Notes: generated by a model not told the origin, from the letters alone. 60,111 bases of DNA from Beijerinckiaceae bacterium (GCA_947498445.1 CANMLK010000001.1:1-60111), one strand, 5' to 3'. Shown: positions 47,739 through 58,999, counted from the stretch's first letter. Numbers and translations are program-made.

Positions 47739-47887
47739 GGACGTATTCCTCACCTTCAATGTTTCTTGATGACAAAACTTTGCCAGACCGGCGCGCCGGT
47801 TCCGCGCTTTTTTGACTTTAGTTAAAAACAGCCGCCTGTGTCCAAACCTTTCGCTTTAGGTGAGCCCAAAGTTTTTCTTTGGGCGGG

Positions 47888-48811
47888 TTAGCGCAGGGAT
47901 CGTGCGTAGGGGCCAATGTCCTTGAGCAATTGCGTGACGATGAAGTCCAGAAAACGCAATATCTGGTCTTCGTGCACGAAGGGCTCCCGTTCCCGGGGCC
48001 GTACGACGTAGAGCGTGCGCGTGAGCGCCGGGCGATCAATTCGCCGCGCCAGCAGCTCGCCAGAGCGCAATTCCTCGGCGGCGAGGCTGAAGGGCATGAT
48101 GCTGGCGACCTCACCTTCCGCGATCATCGTTTTTGTGGATGATATCGAATGCACCTCCCAGGCGAGCTTCATCTTGAGCCCCAGCCGACGCGCTTCGTCC
48201 TCGACGATCCGGCGGATCACGCCGCGTGAGCCTGCGATGACAAGATCGTGGCTGAGCGCCTCCGACAGGCTCACTGTGTCCGGCACGGGCGATCCCGGCG
48301 GCGCGGTCACGAGCAGCAGGTCTTCTTCCACCAGGGCCCAGCGCTCCAGGCCCGACTGATCGGCGACGTTGTAGAGAAACGATACGTTGATCTGGCCGCG
48401 ACTGAGCGCATCAAGAAGAACCGGCGTGCGCTCTTCCACGAGGCTGAGGGCGACATCTGGCATTTGCGCGCGCGCGTGGTGCAGAAGCTCCGCGCCGAGC
48501 ATCAGCACGATGCTCGGATTGACGCCCAGCACGAGATGATCCGCGTGTCTCGCCCCAAAGGCCCGCAAATCCGAACGCGTGCGATCAACGTCTGCAAGAA
48601 TGGACCTCGCTCGCTCGGCCAGCAGCCGTCCGGGCTCGGTGACGTCGACGCCGCGCGAATGACGCACCAGCAACTTGACGCCGAGCTCGTCTTCCAATTG
48701 CTTGATTTGCGCGCCAAGCGCGGGTTGCGCGAGTCCAAGACGCTGCGCAGCGGCCGTCATGTTGCCGGCCTCGACCACCTTCACGAAATAGGAAAGCTGG
48801 CGAAAGTTGAT
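47888..48811 (-). CDS. LysR-family regulator (Nac/TcuR-like) with probable ATC start codon
   Basis: (I)NFRQLSYFVKVVEAGNMTAAA..LAQPAL..L..ELG..L.R HTH; GAGGA RBS 7 nt before ATC at 48811. Confidence 0.85.
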   Translation of the reverse strand: MNFRQLSYFVKVVEAGNMTAAAQRLGLAQPALGAQIKQLEDELGVKLLVRHSRGVDVTEPGRLLAERARSILADVDRTRSDLRAFGARHADHLVLGVNPSIVLMLGAELLHHARAQMPDVALSLVEERTPVLLDALSRGQINVSFLYNVADQSGLERWALVEEDLLLVTAPPGSPVPDTVSLSEALSHDLVIAGSRGVIRRIVEDEARRLGLKMKLAWEVHSISSTKTMIAEGEVASIMPFSLAAEELRSGELLARRIDRPALTRTLYVVRPREREPFVHEDQILRFLDFIVTQLLKDIGPYARSLR

Positions 48812-48841
48812 GGACGTTTCCTCATAGGTCGTTCGCCTGGC

Positions 48842-49309
48842 TTAAAGCGCCGGCGTGCTGTGCGTATGCGTGTGTCCGTGTTCGCCGTGGCTGTGGTGTC
48901 CGGTTTCGGCGCGGATCGGCACGAGATTGATCTGCCCAAATCGCACGCCGCGCTCTGCAACAAGGGTTTCGGCCAGTTTTTGAACGGCTGACGTGTGGCC
49001 CTTGAGCATCGTCACTTCCATGCAATGGCGATGGTCGAGCCGCGTGCGCATGGTGGCGATGGTGATGTCGTGATGTTCGTGCTGCGCGCGATCAAGCCGC
49101 ATCGCAAGGTCGCGCCCGTCGTAATCATACACGTAGGAAACTGCGGCGACGCAATCGTGCGTCAACGGCTGTTCGCGCTTCATCCGCAACAGCGAGTCGC
49201 GCACGAGATCGCGGATCGCTTCCGAGCGATTGTTGTAGCCTTTTTCGGCCATGAACTGGTCGATTGCTTCGGCAATGTTGTCGTCGAGGCTGATGGTCAG
49301 TCTCTGCAC
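48842..49309 (-). CDS. nikR: Nickel-responsive regulator NikR
   Basis: RHH domain (RLTISLD..GY.NRSEAIRDL), QHEHHD, HCMEV and His-rich tail; GTG start 49309 after GGAGG. Confidence 0.88.
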   Translation of the reverse strand: MQRLTISLDDNIAEAIDQFMAEKGYNNRSEAIRDLVRDSLLRMKREQPLTHDCVAAVSYVYDYDGRDLAMRLDRAQHEHHDITIATMRTRLDHRHCMEVTMLKGHTSAVQKLAETLVAERGVRFGQINLVPIRAETGHHSHGEHGHTHTHSTPAL

Positions 49310-49375
49310 GCAATCCTCCCCGCGCAAGGCGTCGTTGAATCCTTAGCAGGATGCAGCTGCCCCTGAAAGACGAAA

Positions 49376-49400
49376 GGGGCCGCGCCAGCGGCGCGACCCC
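49376..49400 (-). terminator. Terminator-like hairpin after the TPP-enzyme gene
   Basis: Minus strand reads GGGGTCGCGCC-GCT-GGCGCGGCCCC followed by TTTCGTCTTT. Confidence 0.55.
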
Positions 49401-49425
49401 GATTTCGATAACGCAATGCGCGCGA

Positions 49426-51186
49426 TCAGGTGTTGCGCAGACCCGTCGACCCGTGCCCACGCTCGGCGCCCGGCGGAATGTGGACGTCGATAAGGCATAC
49501 GCCGCCTGATGCGAGCACTTCCGCGCCCTTCTTCATGGCTGCATCCAGCTCGGCCAGCGTCTTGACCGGACCGATGCCGACAGCGCCCTGCGATTCCACG
49601 AACTTCGAAATGTCGATGTTCGGGCCCGAGATGGACTGGCCGATCCAGCGGTTGCCGACGACGCGATTACGGCGGCGGGCGATGTTTTCCTGATGCAACT
49701 CGTCGTTGAAATACGACTGGTTGTTGTTGATCACGATCATCAGCGGGATCTTGTGCTTCACGGCTGTGTAGACCGCGTGGCCGCCCATCATGAAGTCGCC
49801 GTCGCCCAGAATGGCCACGCAGGGCCGCTCAAGGTCAGCGCAGGCGAGCGCGATGCCGATCGAGATCGACGGGCCCGATCCGATGCCGCCGCCGCCGTCC
49901 TTGCCCATGTAGGCCATTGGGCTGCGCAACGGCCACAGGTCGCACGGCCACTGGCGGGCGACGCCGGCCAGCGTCACCTTGTCGGGATCGGGGAATTGCG
50001 CGCGCAGCGATTTGGCCACGTCCTGCATGCGGATCCGCGAGCTGTCTGTGGACGGCGTGAACTCCTTGCGGATAGCAGCGCGCCAGGGCGCTTTCTTGCC
50101 GCTGAAATGCGCGAGCAAATCGGCCACAAAGGCTTCCGGGCAGGCGGAGATGAGCACGTCGGCAGGCGACACGGCCTGATAGACCATGTGTGCGCCGTTA
50201 TGCAGGTGGTGGTCCATCGTGACGCTGATGACCTTCGCCTTAACGTCCACGCCGCCCTTGGGCGGGCAGATCGCGCCGGCCATGTCGATCCACTCAAGCG
50301 CGATGATGAGATCGGACTCGGCGATGACTTCGCGCTGTGACTGAGCGGGTTGGTTGAACGGCTCGATGACATGCGCGGGGTGGTCGGTCGGGAAGGCGGC
50401 GCCGTTCTTCAGGTCGCTGACCACGCAGGCGCCGATAGCCTCCGCGAGCTTGACGCGGTTGTCCCACGAGACCTGCGAACGCGTGCTGCGGCCGCACATG
50501 ATCATGGGCCGCTTGGCGGCCTTGATCATCTCCACGGCCTTCTTCAGGTCCGCTTCGAGCGCGCGCGGCGCGGCGGGGGCCTGATAGCGGGCCATGTCCG
50601 GGAACACGGGCGTGTTTTCGAGCGAGCTTTCGCCAAGGCCCGCGTCAAGCACGACGTAAACCGGGGCGCAGGGCTGCGTGCGCGTTGAAATATTGGCGCG
50701 CGTCATGCCGTCGACGATGCCTTCGGGCGAGGTCGGCTGCACGTCGAACTTGATGATGTCGCGCACGATGCCGGCCTGATCGGACGACGTGTGAATCCAG
50801 TCGATCCATGGACGGCGCTGATGGGAATCCATCGGGCCGGTGGCGCCCACGAGGAACAGCGGTTTGCGATCGCAGAATGCGTTGAAGATGGCCATGTGAC
50901 CATGCATGAGGCCGACGTTCGAGTGAACGATAGCCGCCATCGGCTCATCGGTCGCCTTCGCATAGCCGTGCGCGATACCAACCGCATGGTCTTCATGCAG
51001 GCACAGCAGCATGCCGGGGTTGCGGTTGCCCAGATGGTTGACGATGGAATCGTGGAGGCCGCGATAGCTCGCGCCGGGATTGAGGCTCACGTATTTGAAG
51101 CCAAACCTGCGCAACATCTGCGCGAAAACGTCAGACCCCCATGCGACCTTGTCGTCGGGCTGACCTTCTGGAGTGTCGAGATACAT
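49426..51186 (-). CDS. Thiamine pyrophosphate-dependent enzyme (acetolactate synthase/benzoylformate decarboxylase-like)
   Basis: LNPGASYRGLHDS, LHE catalytic Glu, GDGD...NN TPP-binding motif. Confidence 0.9.
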   Translation of the reverse strand: MYLDTPEGQPDDKVAWGSDVFAQMLRRFGFKYVSLNPGASYRGLHDSIVNHLGNRNPGMLLCLHEDHAVGIAHGYAKATDEPMAAIVHSNVGLMHGHMAIFNAFCDRKPLFLVGATGPMDSHQRRPWIDWIHTSSDQAGIVRDIIKFDVQPTSPEGIVDGMTRANISTRTQPCAPVYVVLDAGLGESSLENTPVFPDMARYQAPAAPRALEADLKKAVEMIKAAKRPMIMCGRSTRSQVSWDNRVKLAEAIGACVVSDLKNGAAFPTDHPAHVIEPFNQPAQSQREVIAESDLIIALEWIDMAGAICPPKGGVDVKAKVISVTMDHHLHNGAHMVYQAVSPADVLISACPEAFVADLLAHFSGKKAPWRAAIRKEFTPSTDSSRIRMQDVAKSLRAQFPDPDKVTLAGVARQWPCDLWPLRSPMAYMGKDGGGGIGSGPSISIGIALACADLERPCVAILGDGDFMMGGHAVYTAVKHKIPLMIVINNNQSYFNDELHQENIARRRNRVVGNRWIGQSISGPNIDISKFVESQGAVGIGPVKTLAELDAAMKKGAEVLASGGVCLIDVHIPPGAERGHGSTGLRNT

Positions 51187-51378
51187 TTCCTCTCCTGACC
51201 TTTTGCCCGCACGCGGGCGGATAAACCGGGCGCGCTCGTTCCTCGTTGCAGTTTCCCGCTGACGGTAATGGCGCGTTATTTCGGTGACGGGACTATGGAG
51301 GCGAGGCTAGGCAAAGGCAAGCTGTCACGGCTCGCAGCGTGCCGTCGGGAAACGGATTTCAGCTGGGGTGACCGGCAA

Positions 51379-52284
51379 TCAGAACGCTAGATTGAAAACC
51401 CGGCTAGGCAAGAGTTCGCCGCCCTGCACCGTGCCAAACGCGACAGGCACGCCGCCACAGGCTGCATAAGCGAAGCCCTCTGCTGGCGCGTCTCGCCCGC
51501 GCAGGATCAACGACTGGCCGCGCCGCAAGCGCGCCGCGCCGTCGCGATCAACGACCACGCAGGCGAACTCCGACAATCCCGCTTCCACCGAGAGCAAGTC
51601 TTCGAACGGCTGCGCGCCTTCGCAATCCAGTTCAGCCAGTGGAACCGCGTCTTCCTCGGTAAACGGCCCGACGCGGGTACGCCGCAGCGCCGTGACATGG
51701 CCAAAGCATCCCAGCAGACGGCCGAGATCGCGCGCAATGGCGCGCACGTAGGTGCCCTTGCCGCATTTGGCTTCAAGGACTGCGTCGTCGTCGGTCGTGC
51801 TGACCAGTTCTAGCGAATGGATCGTTACGGGGCGGGGCTGAAGAATGACCTCCTCGCCATCGCGCGCCATGTCGTAGGCGCGCTCGCCCGCGATCTTGAT
51901 GGCGGAGAAGGAGGGCGGCGTCTGCATGATGGTGCCGGTGAATTCGGGCAGCAGGTTTGCGATCTGGTCAGGCGCCGGCCGGCGATCGGACGTACGCACG
52001 GGCTTGCCGTCGGCGTCGTCGCTGTCCGTCTCGATGCCCCATTGCACGGTGAAGCGATAGGCCTTCTCGCCGTCCTGCACAAAGGGAACCGTCTTTGTCG
52101 CTTCGCCGAACGCGACGGGCAGAATGCCGGACGCCAGCGGATCAAGCGTGCCGGCGTGACCGGCCTTCTTGGCGTTGAAGATGCGCTTCAGCCGCGAGAC
52201 GGCCTGCGTCGACGTCAGCCCAACAGGCTTGTCGAGAATAAGCCAGCCGTTGATTTCGGTTCGCTTCGAGCGGGGCGCGTTCAT
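51379..52284 (-). CDS. truB: tRNA pseudouridine(55) synthase
   Basis: [16 protein letters not shown] and CGKGTYVR motifs. Confidence 0.97.
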   Translation of the reverse strand: MNAPRSKRTEINGWLILDKPVGLTSTQAVSRLKRIFNAKKAGHAGTLDPLASGILPVAFGEATKTVPFVQDGEKAYRFTVQWGIETDSDDADGKPVRTSDRRPAPDQIANLLPEFTGTIMQTPPSFSAIKIAGERAYDMARDGEEVILQPRPVTIHSLELVSTTDDDAVLEAKCGKGTYVRAIARDLGRLLGCFGHVTALRRTRVGPFTEEDAVPLAELDCEGAQPFEDLLSVEAGLSEFACVVVDRDGAARLRRGQSLILRGRDAPAEGFAYAACGGVPVAFGTVQGGELLPSRVFNLAF

Positions 52285-52742
52285 TTCGTCTGATTATCCG
52301 CTGCGTCGTTGTCGCGTTGATCGTCGTCGCTTGGGTCGTCGTCGGTCTCGTCGTCCGACAGATCGCGGCGCACCTGCGCAGAATTGAGCAGCGCGTCGAT
52401 CTTGGAGGCCTTGTCGAAATCCTCGTCGACTCGAAAGCGGACATCGGGCGCAAACTTCAGATTTATCTTGCGCGCCACTTCGCCGCGCAGAAACTTGCGA
52501 TGCTTGTCGAGAGCGTCAATCACCTTCTCGGCTTCGCCGCCGCCCAATGGCAGCACGTACACAGTCGCGAGCTTGAGGTCGGGGCTCATGCGCACGCGCG
52601 GAACTGTCACCACCTGTTTGTCGAGCACAGGATCATTCAGCGCGCCGCGCGTCAGCAGTTCCGACATGGCGTGCCGAACAAGTTCAGCAACGCGCAGCAT
52701 GCGCTGGGAGGGCTCTCCACCATTCTGATGGGCTCTGGACAT
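52281..52742 (-). CDS. rbfA: Ribosome-binding factor A
   Basis: [17 protein letters not shown] and LKFAP motifs; operon position; acidic tail. Confidence 0.95.
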   Translation of the reverse strand: MSRAHQNGGEPSQRMLRVAELVRHAMSELLTRGALNDPVLDKQVVTVPRVRMSPDLKLATVYVLPLGGGEAEKVIDALDKHRKFLRGEVARKINLKFAPDVRFRVDEDFDKASKIDALLNSAQVRRDLSDDETDDDPSDDDQRDNDAADNQTK

Positions 52743-52752
52743 CGTTTGCCTT

Positions 52753-53880
52753 TCAGGAAGCCGTTTTGTAGGCGCGCGCTTTCAACTCGAAGGCGAGGCC
52801 CGCGTCGGCGTTGGGAAAACAACGCTTCGGCACGGCGTAAACCTCTTTCCAGCGAGTGATGAAGAGGATGTGCTGTTCTGTCTCCCGGATCGACTCGACG
52901 CCCACCCATGCGATGCGCGTTTCGAACTCGGCTCCGCGCGTCACGAACCCGGCTTCATCGATCTCGAAACGGCGCGTCATGCGCCTGGGATCGTCAGCCG
53001 GCCACTGGGCCGCGCGGGCGCTTTCAATGCGCCGCGCGCCTAGAAAGGTCAATAGAAGAGCGCCAAGAAGGGCCGCCACAGCCCCGGCCAAGAGCCGAGT
53101 TTCCGATGGGCCCGTCGCAACGAGCCACACCGGGCCGCCGAAGATCGCTGCGCCCGCCATCCCCATGGTCAGGGCCGCGATTGACAGCGGCACGGGAGCG
53201 CCAGCGCCAGTCTGCCGTAGCCCAATCTCCACGTCCCGCGCGTCATCCTGCGTCAGCGTGACGTCGACGCCCCCGCGCGCTCCTGCAGCAGCAGGCGGAA
53301 GCGGGGCATGGGCGAGCGGCTGCGCTGTGACGGGCAAGGTTTTTGAGGCTGGCGCTTCCCGCTCGTCCGGCTCGCGCATGAGGTCTTTGCAGAGCAGCAC
53401 GAAATCGTGCATCTCATTGCGGCTTTCAAAGGCGCAAAGCGGCACGATTACGACGTCGTCGCGCGACTTGGTGAGGAAGACGCGGCCGTTGTCGAACGAA
53501 ACCGCGACGATGTCCTTCCAAGAGTAGATGCGCGTGCGTCCATCCTCGCGCACCGACAGATGATCCGTATAGGCGGCAATGTCGAGAGGCTGTTCAGGCG
53601 GCCTCCAGCGCGCAAGACGCCGCGCGCGCCGGATGCGACGCCAAAGGTGCACAAGCCCGTAGAGGATGATCGCAGCGCCGGCGATGATCGGCAACAGAGC
53701 CAGGTCGCCCAACCAGCCCGGGTCCATCCAGCCCCAGATCAATCCGGCGAAGATGGCGCATGCGAAGATGAGCGATAACGACACCGGCTGATCGTCGAAG
53801 CGCTTGAGCAGCGCTTCGTAATCGGCCCGTGTGAGCTTGCCGCAATAGCGCCGCAGCGGCGTCAGAACCGGTTCCGGCAT
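52753..53880 (-). CDS. Membrane protein with two tandem YcxB-like units
   Basis: Two repeats of [2 TM + W..I/V...VP..F soluble domain]. Confidence 0.7.
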   Translation of the reverse strand: MPEPVLTPLRRYCGKLTRADYEALLKRFDDQPVSLSLIFACAIFAGLIWGWMDPGWLGDLALLPIIAGAAIILYGLVHLWRRIRRARRLARWRPPEQPLDIAAYTDHLSVREDGRTRIYSWKDIVAVSFDNGRVFLTKSRDDVVIVPLCAFESRNEMHDFVLLCKDLMREPDEREAPASKTLPVTAQPLAHAPLPPAAAGARGGVDVTLTQDDARDVEIGLRQTGAGAPVPLSIAALTMGMAGAAIFGGPVWLVATGPSETRLLAGAVAALLGALLLTFLGARRIESARAAQWPADDPRRMTRRFEIDEAGFVTRGAEFETRIAWVGVESIRETEQHILFITRWKEVYAVPKRCFPNADAGLAFELKARAYKTAS

Positions 53881-53916
53881 ATGGCGCCCCGATGCGTGCG
53901 GGAAGAGAGCGTTCGC

Positions 53917-56586
53917 TTACAGCGAACGCTTGATTTCCTCGACGCGATAACACTCGATCACATCGCCAGCGCGCATGTCCTGATAGCTTTCGAAAGCCAT
54001 GCCGCATTCCTGGCCGACAACCACTTCCTTGACTTCGTCCTTGAAGCGCTTGAGCGTCGAGAGCTTGCCCTCGTGCACAACGACGTTGTCGCGGATGAGG
54101 CGTACGTTCGCGCCGCGCTCCACGCGCCCGTCGGTGACGCGGCAACCGGCGACCTTGCCGACCTTCGTGATGTTGAACACCTCGAGGATCTGCGCGTTGC
54201 CGAGCATGTCTTCGCGATAAGCCGGAGCAAGCAGGCCCGACATCGCGCCCTTCACGTCATCCACGAGGTTGTAGATGATGTTGTAATAGCGGATCTCGAT
54301 GCCAGACCGGTCAGACAATTCGCGCGCTTCCTTGTGGGCGCGCACGTTGAAGCCGATGACCGCCGCATTCGTGGCTTCCGCCAGCGTGATGTCGGATTCC
54401 GTGATGCCGCCAACGCCTGCGTGAATGACGCGTGCGCCGACTTCCTCGGTGCCGAGCTTTTCGAGAGCGGAGATGATCGCCTCGACCGAGCCTTGCACGT
54501 CGCCCTTGATGATGAGCGGGAAGTCCTTGCGGCCAGCTGTCTTGAGCTGGCTCATCATGTCGGCGAGCGAACGCCCGGCGCCTGCGCCGCGCGCAGCCGC
54601 CTGATCGCGCTTCTGGCGATCACGATACTCGGTGACTTCGCGAGCGCGGGCTTCCGATTCAACTACGGCGACACGATCACCGGCCTCCGGGGCGCCGGAG
54701 AAGCCAAGCACTTCGACGGGGAATGACGGGCCAGCCTTGGCGACGTTCTTGCCCTGATCGTCGAGGAGCGCGCGCACGCGGCCCCATTGCGAGCCGGCCA
54801 CGATAATGTCGCCAATCGCGAGCGTGCCGCGCTGCACGAGCACCGTTGCGACGGGGCCGCGACCACGGTCGAGGCGGGCTTCGATGACTGTGCCTTCAGC
54901 GGCGCGTTCGGGATCAGCCTTGAGGTCGAGCACTTCGGCCTGCAGCGAAATCAGTTCGAGCAGTTTCTCGAGGTTCAATTTCTTCAGCGCAGACACTTCG
55001 ACTTCGAGCGTGTCGCCGCCCATGCTTTCGACTTGCACTTCGTATTGCAGCAATTCGCTGCGCACGCGCTCGGCCTTGGCGTCGGGCTTGTCGATCTTGT
55101 TGATCGCAACGATCATCGGCACCTTCGCCGCGCGGGCGTGGTTGATCGCCTCTATCGTCTGCGGCATGACGCCGTCATCGGCCGCGACGACGAGGATGAC
55201 GATGTCCGTCACCTTGGCGCCGCGAGCGCGCATGGCGGTGAAGGCCGCGTGGCCTGGCGTATCGATAAACGTCACCTTGCCGCCCAGCGGCGAAGTGACC
55301 TGATAGGCGCCGATGTGCTGGGTAATGCCGCCCGCTTCGCCCGAGACCACGTTGGCCTGGCGGATTGCGTCGAGCAGCGACGTCTTGCCGTGGTCGACAT
55401 GGCCCATGATCGTGACAACGGGGGGACGCGATTCCAGATCGGAATCCTCGCCAGGCGTATCAAACAGGCCTTCCTCGACGTCAGACTCAGCGACGCGCTT
55501 GATCGTATGGCCCAGCTCTTCGGCGATCAATTGCGCCGTATCGGCGTCGATCACGTCGGTGATCTTGTGCATGGCGCCCTGACGCATCAGCATCTTGATC
55601 ACGTCAACCGCGCGTTCCGACATGCGGTTCGCGAGTTCCTGAATGGTGATCGTCTCGGGCAGGATGACTTCGCGCTGCAACTTTTCCTTCGGCTGACCGC
55701 CGCCACCCTTCAGGCGCTGAACGCGGCGACGGAAGGAGGCGACAGAGCGCGTGCGCTCTTCCTCGGCGGCGCCGCCGGTCGCGGCGGTCACGGTGAGACG
55801 ACCGCGATTCTTTTCCTGGCCGGGCGCAGTGCGCGTCGGACGCGGCGGCATGACGACCTTGGTGGGCATGCCGGGACGGCGGATGATCCGCTTGGCGTTT
55901 TCGTCTTCGGCGGCAGGAGCGCCAGCCGGGCGCACGGCCGGGGCCGGAGTAGCCGAGGCCACCGGGCGCGGCGCGCCGCCGGGCGTGCCAATGGCGGCGC
56001 GGACGCCTGGCGTGGACGGCGCTGCAGGCGTCCCGCCTTCGCCCAGACGGCGCTTGGCTTCGTCTTCGGCGCGGCGCTTTGATTCCGCTTCGTTCTGGCG
56101 GCGGGCTTCTTCCTCGCGCTTGCGGGCTTCGCCGGCCTCGCGCTCGGCGCGTTCAACTTCTTCACGTTCCGCGCGGGCGCGCGCGTCGATCTCGGCGACG
56201 CGGCGCTCATCCTCTTCACGGCCTTTGGCGCCGAGCAGGGCGCGGGTGCGGGCGTCACGCTCCTCTTCCGTCAGCGTGCGCAGGACGACGCCCGGGGCGC
56301 CAGACCTTTGCGATTGCTGTGGAGCGTTGGCGCGCGCCGGCGCAGCGCGACCAGACGGCGTCTGCGCTGGCTGCGGCTTCACAATTGGCGCGGGCGCAGG
56401 CGCTTCCGCCTTGACGGCAGGCGCTTCCGCTCCGACGAAACGGCGCTTCACCTTCTCAACGACGACCGCCTTCGTGCGGCCGTGGGAGAAGCTCTGCCGC
56501 ACGACGCCCTGCTCGACCGGACGCTTTAATGACAGCGTCTTCGGTGCGCTCAGGGTCTTGTCGCCGGAATTCTTCGTATCACTCAT
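53917..56586 (-). CDS. infB: Translation initiation factor IF-2
   Basis: [13 protein letters not shown] and NKID GTPase motifs; QSFSHGR N-terminus. Confidence 0.98.
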   Translation of the reverse strand: MSDTKNSGDKTLSAPKTLSLKRPVEQGVVRQSFSHGRTKAVVVEKVKRRFVGAEAPAVKAEAPAPAPIVKPQPAQTPSGRAAPARANAPQQSQRSGAPGVVLRTLTEEERDARTRALLGAKGREEDERRVAEIDARARAEREEVERAEREAGEARKREEEARRQNEAESKRRAEDEAKRRLGEGGTPAAPSTPGVRAAIGTPGGAPRPVASATPAPAVRPAGAPAAEDENAKRIIRRPGMPTKVVMPPRPTRTAPGQEKNRGRLTVTAATGGAAEEERTRSVASFRRRVQRLKGGGGQPKEKLQREVILPETITIQELANRMSERAVDVIKMLMRQGAMHKITDVIDADTAQLIAEELGHTIKRVAESDVEEGLFDTPGEDSDLESRPPVVTIMGHVDHGKTSLLDAIRQANVVSGEAGGITQHIGAYQVTSPLGGKVTFIDTPGHAAFTAMRARGAKVTDIVILVVAADDGVMPQTIEAINHARAAKVPMIVAINKIDKPDAKAERVRSELLQYEVQVESMGGDTLEVEVSALKKLNLEKLLELISLQAEVLDLKADPERAAEGTVIEARLDRGRGPVATVLVQRGTLAIGDIIVAGSQWGRVRALLDDQGKNVAKAGPSFPVEVLGFSGAPEAGDRVAVVESEARAREVTEYRDRQKRDQAAARGAGAGRSLADMMSQLKTAGRKDFPLIIKGDVQGSVEAIISALEKLGTEEVGARVIHAGVGGITESDITLAEATNAAVIGFNVRAHKEARELSDRSGIEIRYYNIIYNLVDDVKGAMSGLLAPAYREDMLGNAQILEVFNITKVGKVAGCRVTDGRVERGANVRLIRDNVVVHEGKLSTLKRFKDEVKEVVVGQECGMAFESYQDMRAGDVIECYRVEEIKRSL

Positions 56587-56675
56587 ACGTTTCAGCTTCC
56601 CGGGGCAGCGCCCCCGTTCGTCGTTTCCAGACCAATGGCGGCGGCCGCCGCGTAGGTCTTCTTAGTCCGGCCTTA

Positions 56676-57344
56676 TCAGTCCTGCGTTTCATCGGGCTGC
56701 GCGTCGTCATCGACAGCCCCTTCGGCCATTCCGCCAGCCCGGTAAAGGGCAAGACGGCGGCACCTGGCCAAAAAGGCGCCGCTCGCGGCCCCTTTTCGAA
56801 GCGCAGCATGTATCACATTTGCCCGGCCCAATGCCAAATCCAATTGGGCAGAGGAGAACAATTCAATTCTCGGCGTCTCCACCGTCGTTTCCCCCCGCCG
56901 CTTCAGCGCCGCAGCGAGTTTTCTGGCCCCGTCGGGGCTGCCGTCGCGCGCATGAATGAGCGCAGCCGGCGCCTGACTGGCAATTTCCGCCTCCACCTTG
57001 AAGGCCCCTGCCGTTACAAGCCCCGCTTTGTTGGCCATGGAGAGGCTTTGTAGCGCGTCTTTCTCGAGAAGGGCGTCAACCCTTTCCGTCAGATCCGTCG
57101 GCGCCGTCGCGGCCTCCTTGAAGCCCCGCGCAAACGCTTTGCGGCGAATAGCTTCGGCGACCGCAGTCGCCGTCGCCTGAACCCAAACCCCCCGGCCGGG
57201 AAGCTTGCGCTTCAGGTCGGGGACCACTTCGCCGTAGGGCGACAGGACGAACCGCATGAGTTCGTCCGGCGGCAATTTCGCGCGCGTCACGATGCAGGTT
57301 CGCTCTGAACCTTCGTCGCCCTGCGCGCGCCCGCCCCGCGTCAC
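56676..57344 (-). CDS. YlxR/DUF448 RNA-binding protein fused to an L7Ae-like domain
   Basis: ERTCIVTR, RFV and PGRGVW motifs; between nusA and infB; GTG start 57344 after GAGGAG. Confidence 0.88.
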   Translation of the reverse strand: MTRGGRAQGDEGSERTCIVTRAKLPPDELMRFVLSPYGEVVPDLKRKLPGRGVWVQATATAVAEAIRRKAFARGFKEAATAPTDLTERVDALLEKDALQSLSMANKAGLVTAGAFKVEAEIASQAPAALIHARDGSPDGARKLAAALKRRGETTVETPRIELFSSAQLDLALGRANVIHAALRKGAASGAFLARCRRLALYRAGGMAEGAVDDDAQPDETQD

Positions 57345-57354
57345 GCTCGTCTCC

Positions 57355-58947
57355 TCAGGCGCCTTCCGCCTCGGCCTCGGCCTCCGCTGCCGCAGGGACG
57401 GGCGCTTCAATCCAGCCGGCCTTCACGCGGGCCGTCATGATCATCGCTTCGGCCTCTTCGCGGCTGATTTCGACGCCTTCGAGATAACCCGGCGTCTTGA
57501 TGGTCTCGCCGTCCTTGCGCTCGCTCCAGCCGACAAGGTCGTCGGTGGCGCAGCCTGCGAGGTCTTCGACGCTCTTGACGTCATTCTCGCCCAGCTTGAC
57601 GAGAATGGCGCCGGTGACGCCCTCAATTTCCTTGAGGTCGTCGGCCACGCCCAGCGCCTTGCGCTTGGTGTCGAATTCTTCCTCGATGCGATGCAGATGC
57701 TCGCGAGCGCGGTTCTGAATTTCTTCGGCGGTTTCTTCGTCGAAACCCTCAATGGCGGCGAGTTCCGCCATGTCCACGAACGCAAGTTCCTCCACCGACC
57801 GGAAACCTTCGGCGGCGAGCAACTGGCCGACAACTTCGTCGACGTCCAGCGCCTCCATGAATATCTTGGTGCGCTCGGCGAATTCCTTCTGGCGTCGCTC
57901 CGATTCCTCGGCCTCCGTCAGAATGTCGATGTCCCAGCCCGTAAGCTGCGAGGCCAGACGCACGTTCTGGCCGCGACGACCAATCGCAAGAGATAATTGG
58001 TCATCGGGAACAACAACTTCAATACGTGAGGAGTCTTCGTCGAGAACGACCTTCACCACTTCGGCGGGCTGCAGCGAGTTCACGATGAACGTGGCCGCAT
58101 CCGCCGACCACGGGATGATGTCAATTTTCTCGCCCTGCAATTCGTTGACGACGGCCTGCACGCGCGAGCCACGCATGCCAACGCACGCGCCCACGGGATC
58201 GATGGAGGTGTCGCGCGACACAACAGCGATCTTGGCGCGCGATCCGGGATCGCGGGCGACGGACTTCACCTCGATGATGCCGTCGTAAATTTCCGGCACT
58301 TCCTGCGCGAACAGTTTGGCCATGAACTGCGGATGGGTGCGCGACATGAAGATCTGCGGCCCGCGCGGCTCGCGGCGCACGTCGTAGACATAAGCGCGCA
58401 CACGGTCGCCGGGCTTGAACGTCTCGCGGGGGATCAGTTCGTCGCGACGCACAATCGCCTCGCCGCGGCCAAGGTCGATGATTACGTTGCCATATTCGGC
58501 CCGCTTGACGACGCCGTTGACGATCTCGCCGATGCGATCCTTGTATTCCTGATACTGGCGGTCGCGCTCGGCGTCGCGCACCTTCTGGATGATAACCTGC
58601 TTGGCCGACTGCGCCGGAATGCGGCCGAAGTCGAACGGCGGCAGCGTTTCGGCGATCCAGTCGCCAACCTGCGCGGCGGGGTTCTTCTTGCGCGCGTCCT
58701 CGAGGTTGATCTGCGTCGCGTCGTTCTCGACAAGATCGACAACCTGAAGCAGACGCGAGAAGCGGATCTCGCCGGTCTTGGCGTTGATCTCGGCGCGCAC
58801 TTCTGTCTCCTGCCCATAGCGGGAGCGCGCGGCCTTCTGCAGCGCCTCTTCCATGGAGGAGAGGACGATCTCGCGCGGGATGGATTTTTCGCGCGCGACC
58901 GCATCGGCGATCTGCAAGAGCTCAAGTCTGTTGGCGCTGACGGCCAT
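57355..58947 (-). CDS. nusA: Transcription termination/antitermination factor NusA
   Basis: [26 protein letters not shown] and AIGRRGQN motifs. Confidence 0.98.
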   Translation of the reverse strand: MAVSANRLELLQIADAVAREKSIPREIVLSSMEEALQKAARSRYGQETEVRAEINAKTGEIRFSRLLQVVDLVENDATQINLEDARKKNPAAQVGDWIAETLPPFDFGRIPAQSAKQVIIQKVRDAERDRQYQEYKDRIGEIVNGVVKRAEYGNVIIDLGRGEAIVRRDELIPRETFKPGDRVRAYVYDVRREPRGPQIFMSRTHPQFMAKLFAQEVPEIYDGIIEVKSVARDPGSRAKIAVVSRDTSIDPVGACVGMRGSRVQAVVNELQGEKIDIIPWSADAATFIVNSLQPAEVVKVVLDEDSSRIEVVVPDDQLSLAIGRRGQNVRLASQLTGWDIDILTEAEESERRQKEFAERTKIFMEALDVDEVVGQLLAAEGFRSVEELAFVDMAELAAIEGFDEETAEEIQNRAREHLHRIEEEFDTKRKALGVADDLKEIEGVTGAILVKLGENDVKSVEDLAGCATDDLVGWSERKDGETIKTPGYLEGVEISREEAEAMIMTARVKAGWIEAPVPAAAEAEAEAEGA

Positions 58948-58999
58948 GGCTCATGTTCCCCTTCGGACGTGGTGCAGGTTAGAAAATCATCTTAGAAAA

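Noticed and set aside
51187-51378. TPP riboswitch upstream of the TPP enzyme
   Set aside because: Only a GCTGAAAT resemblance; the CTGAGA and ACCTGAT core elements are absent.
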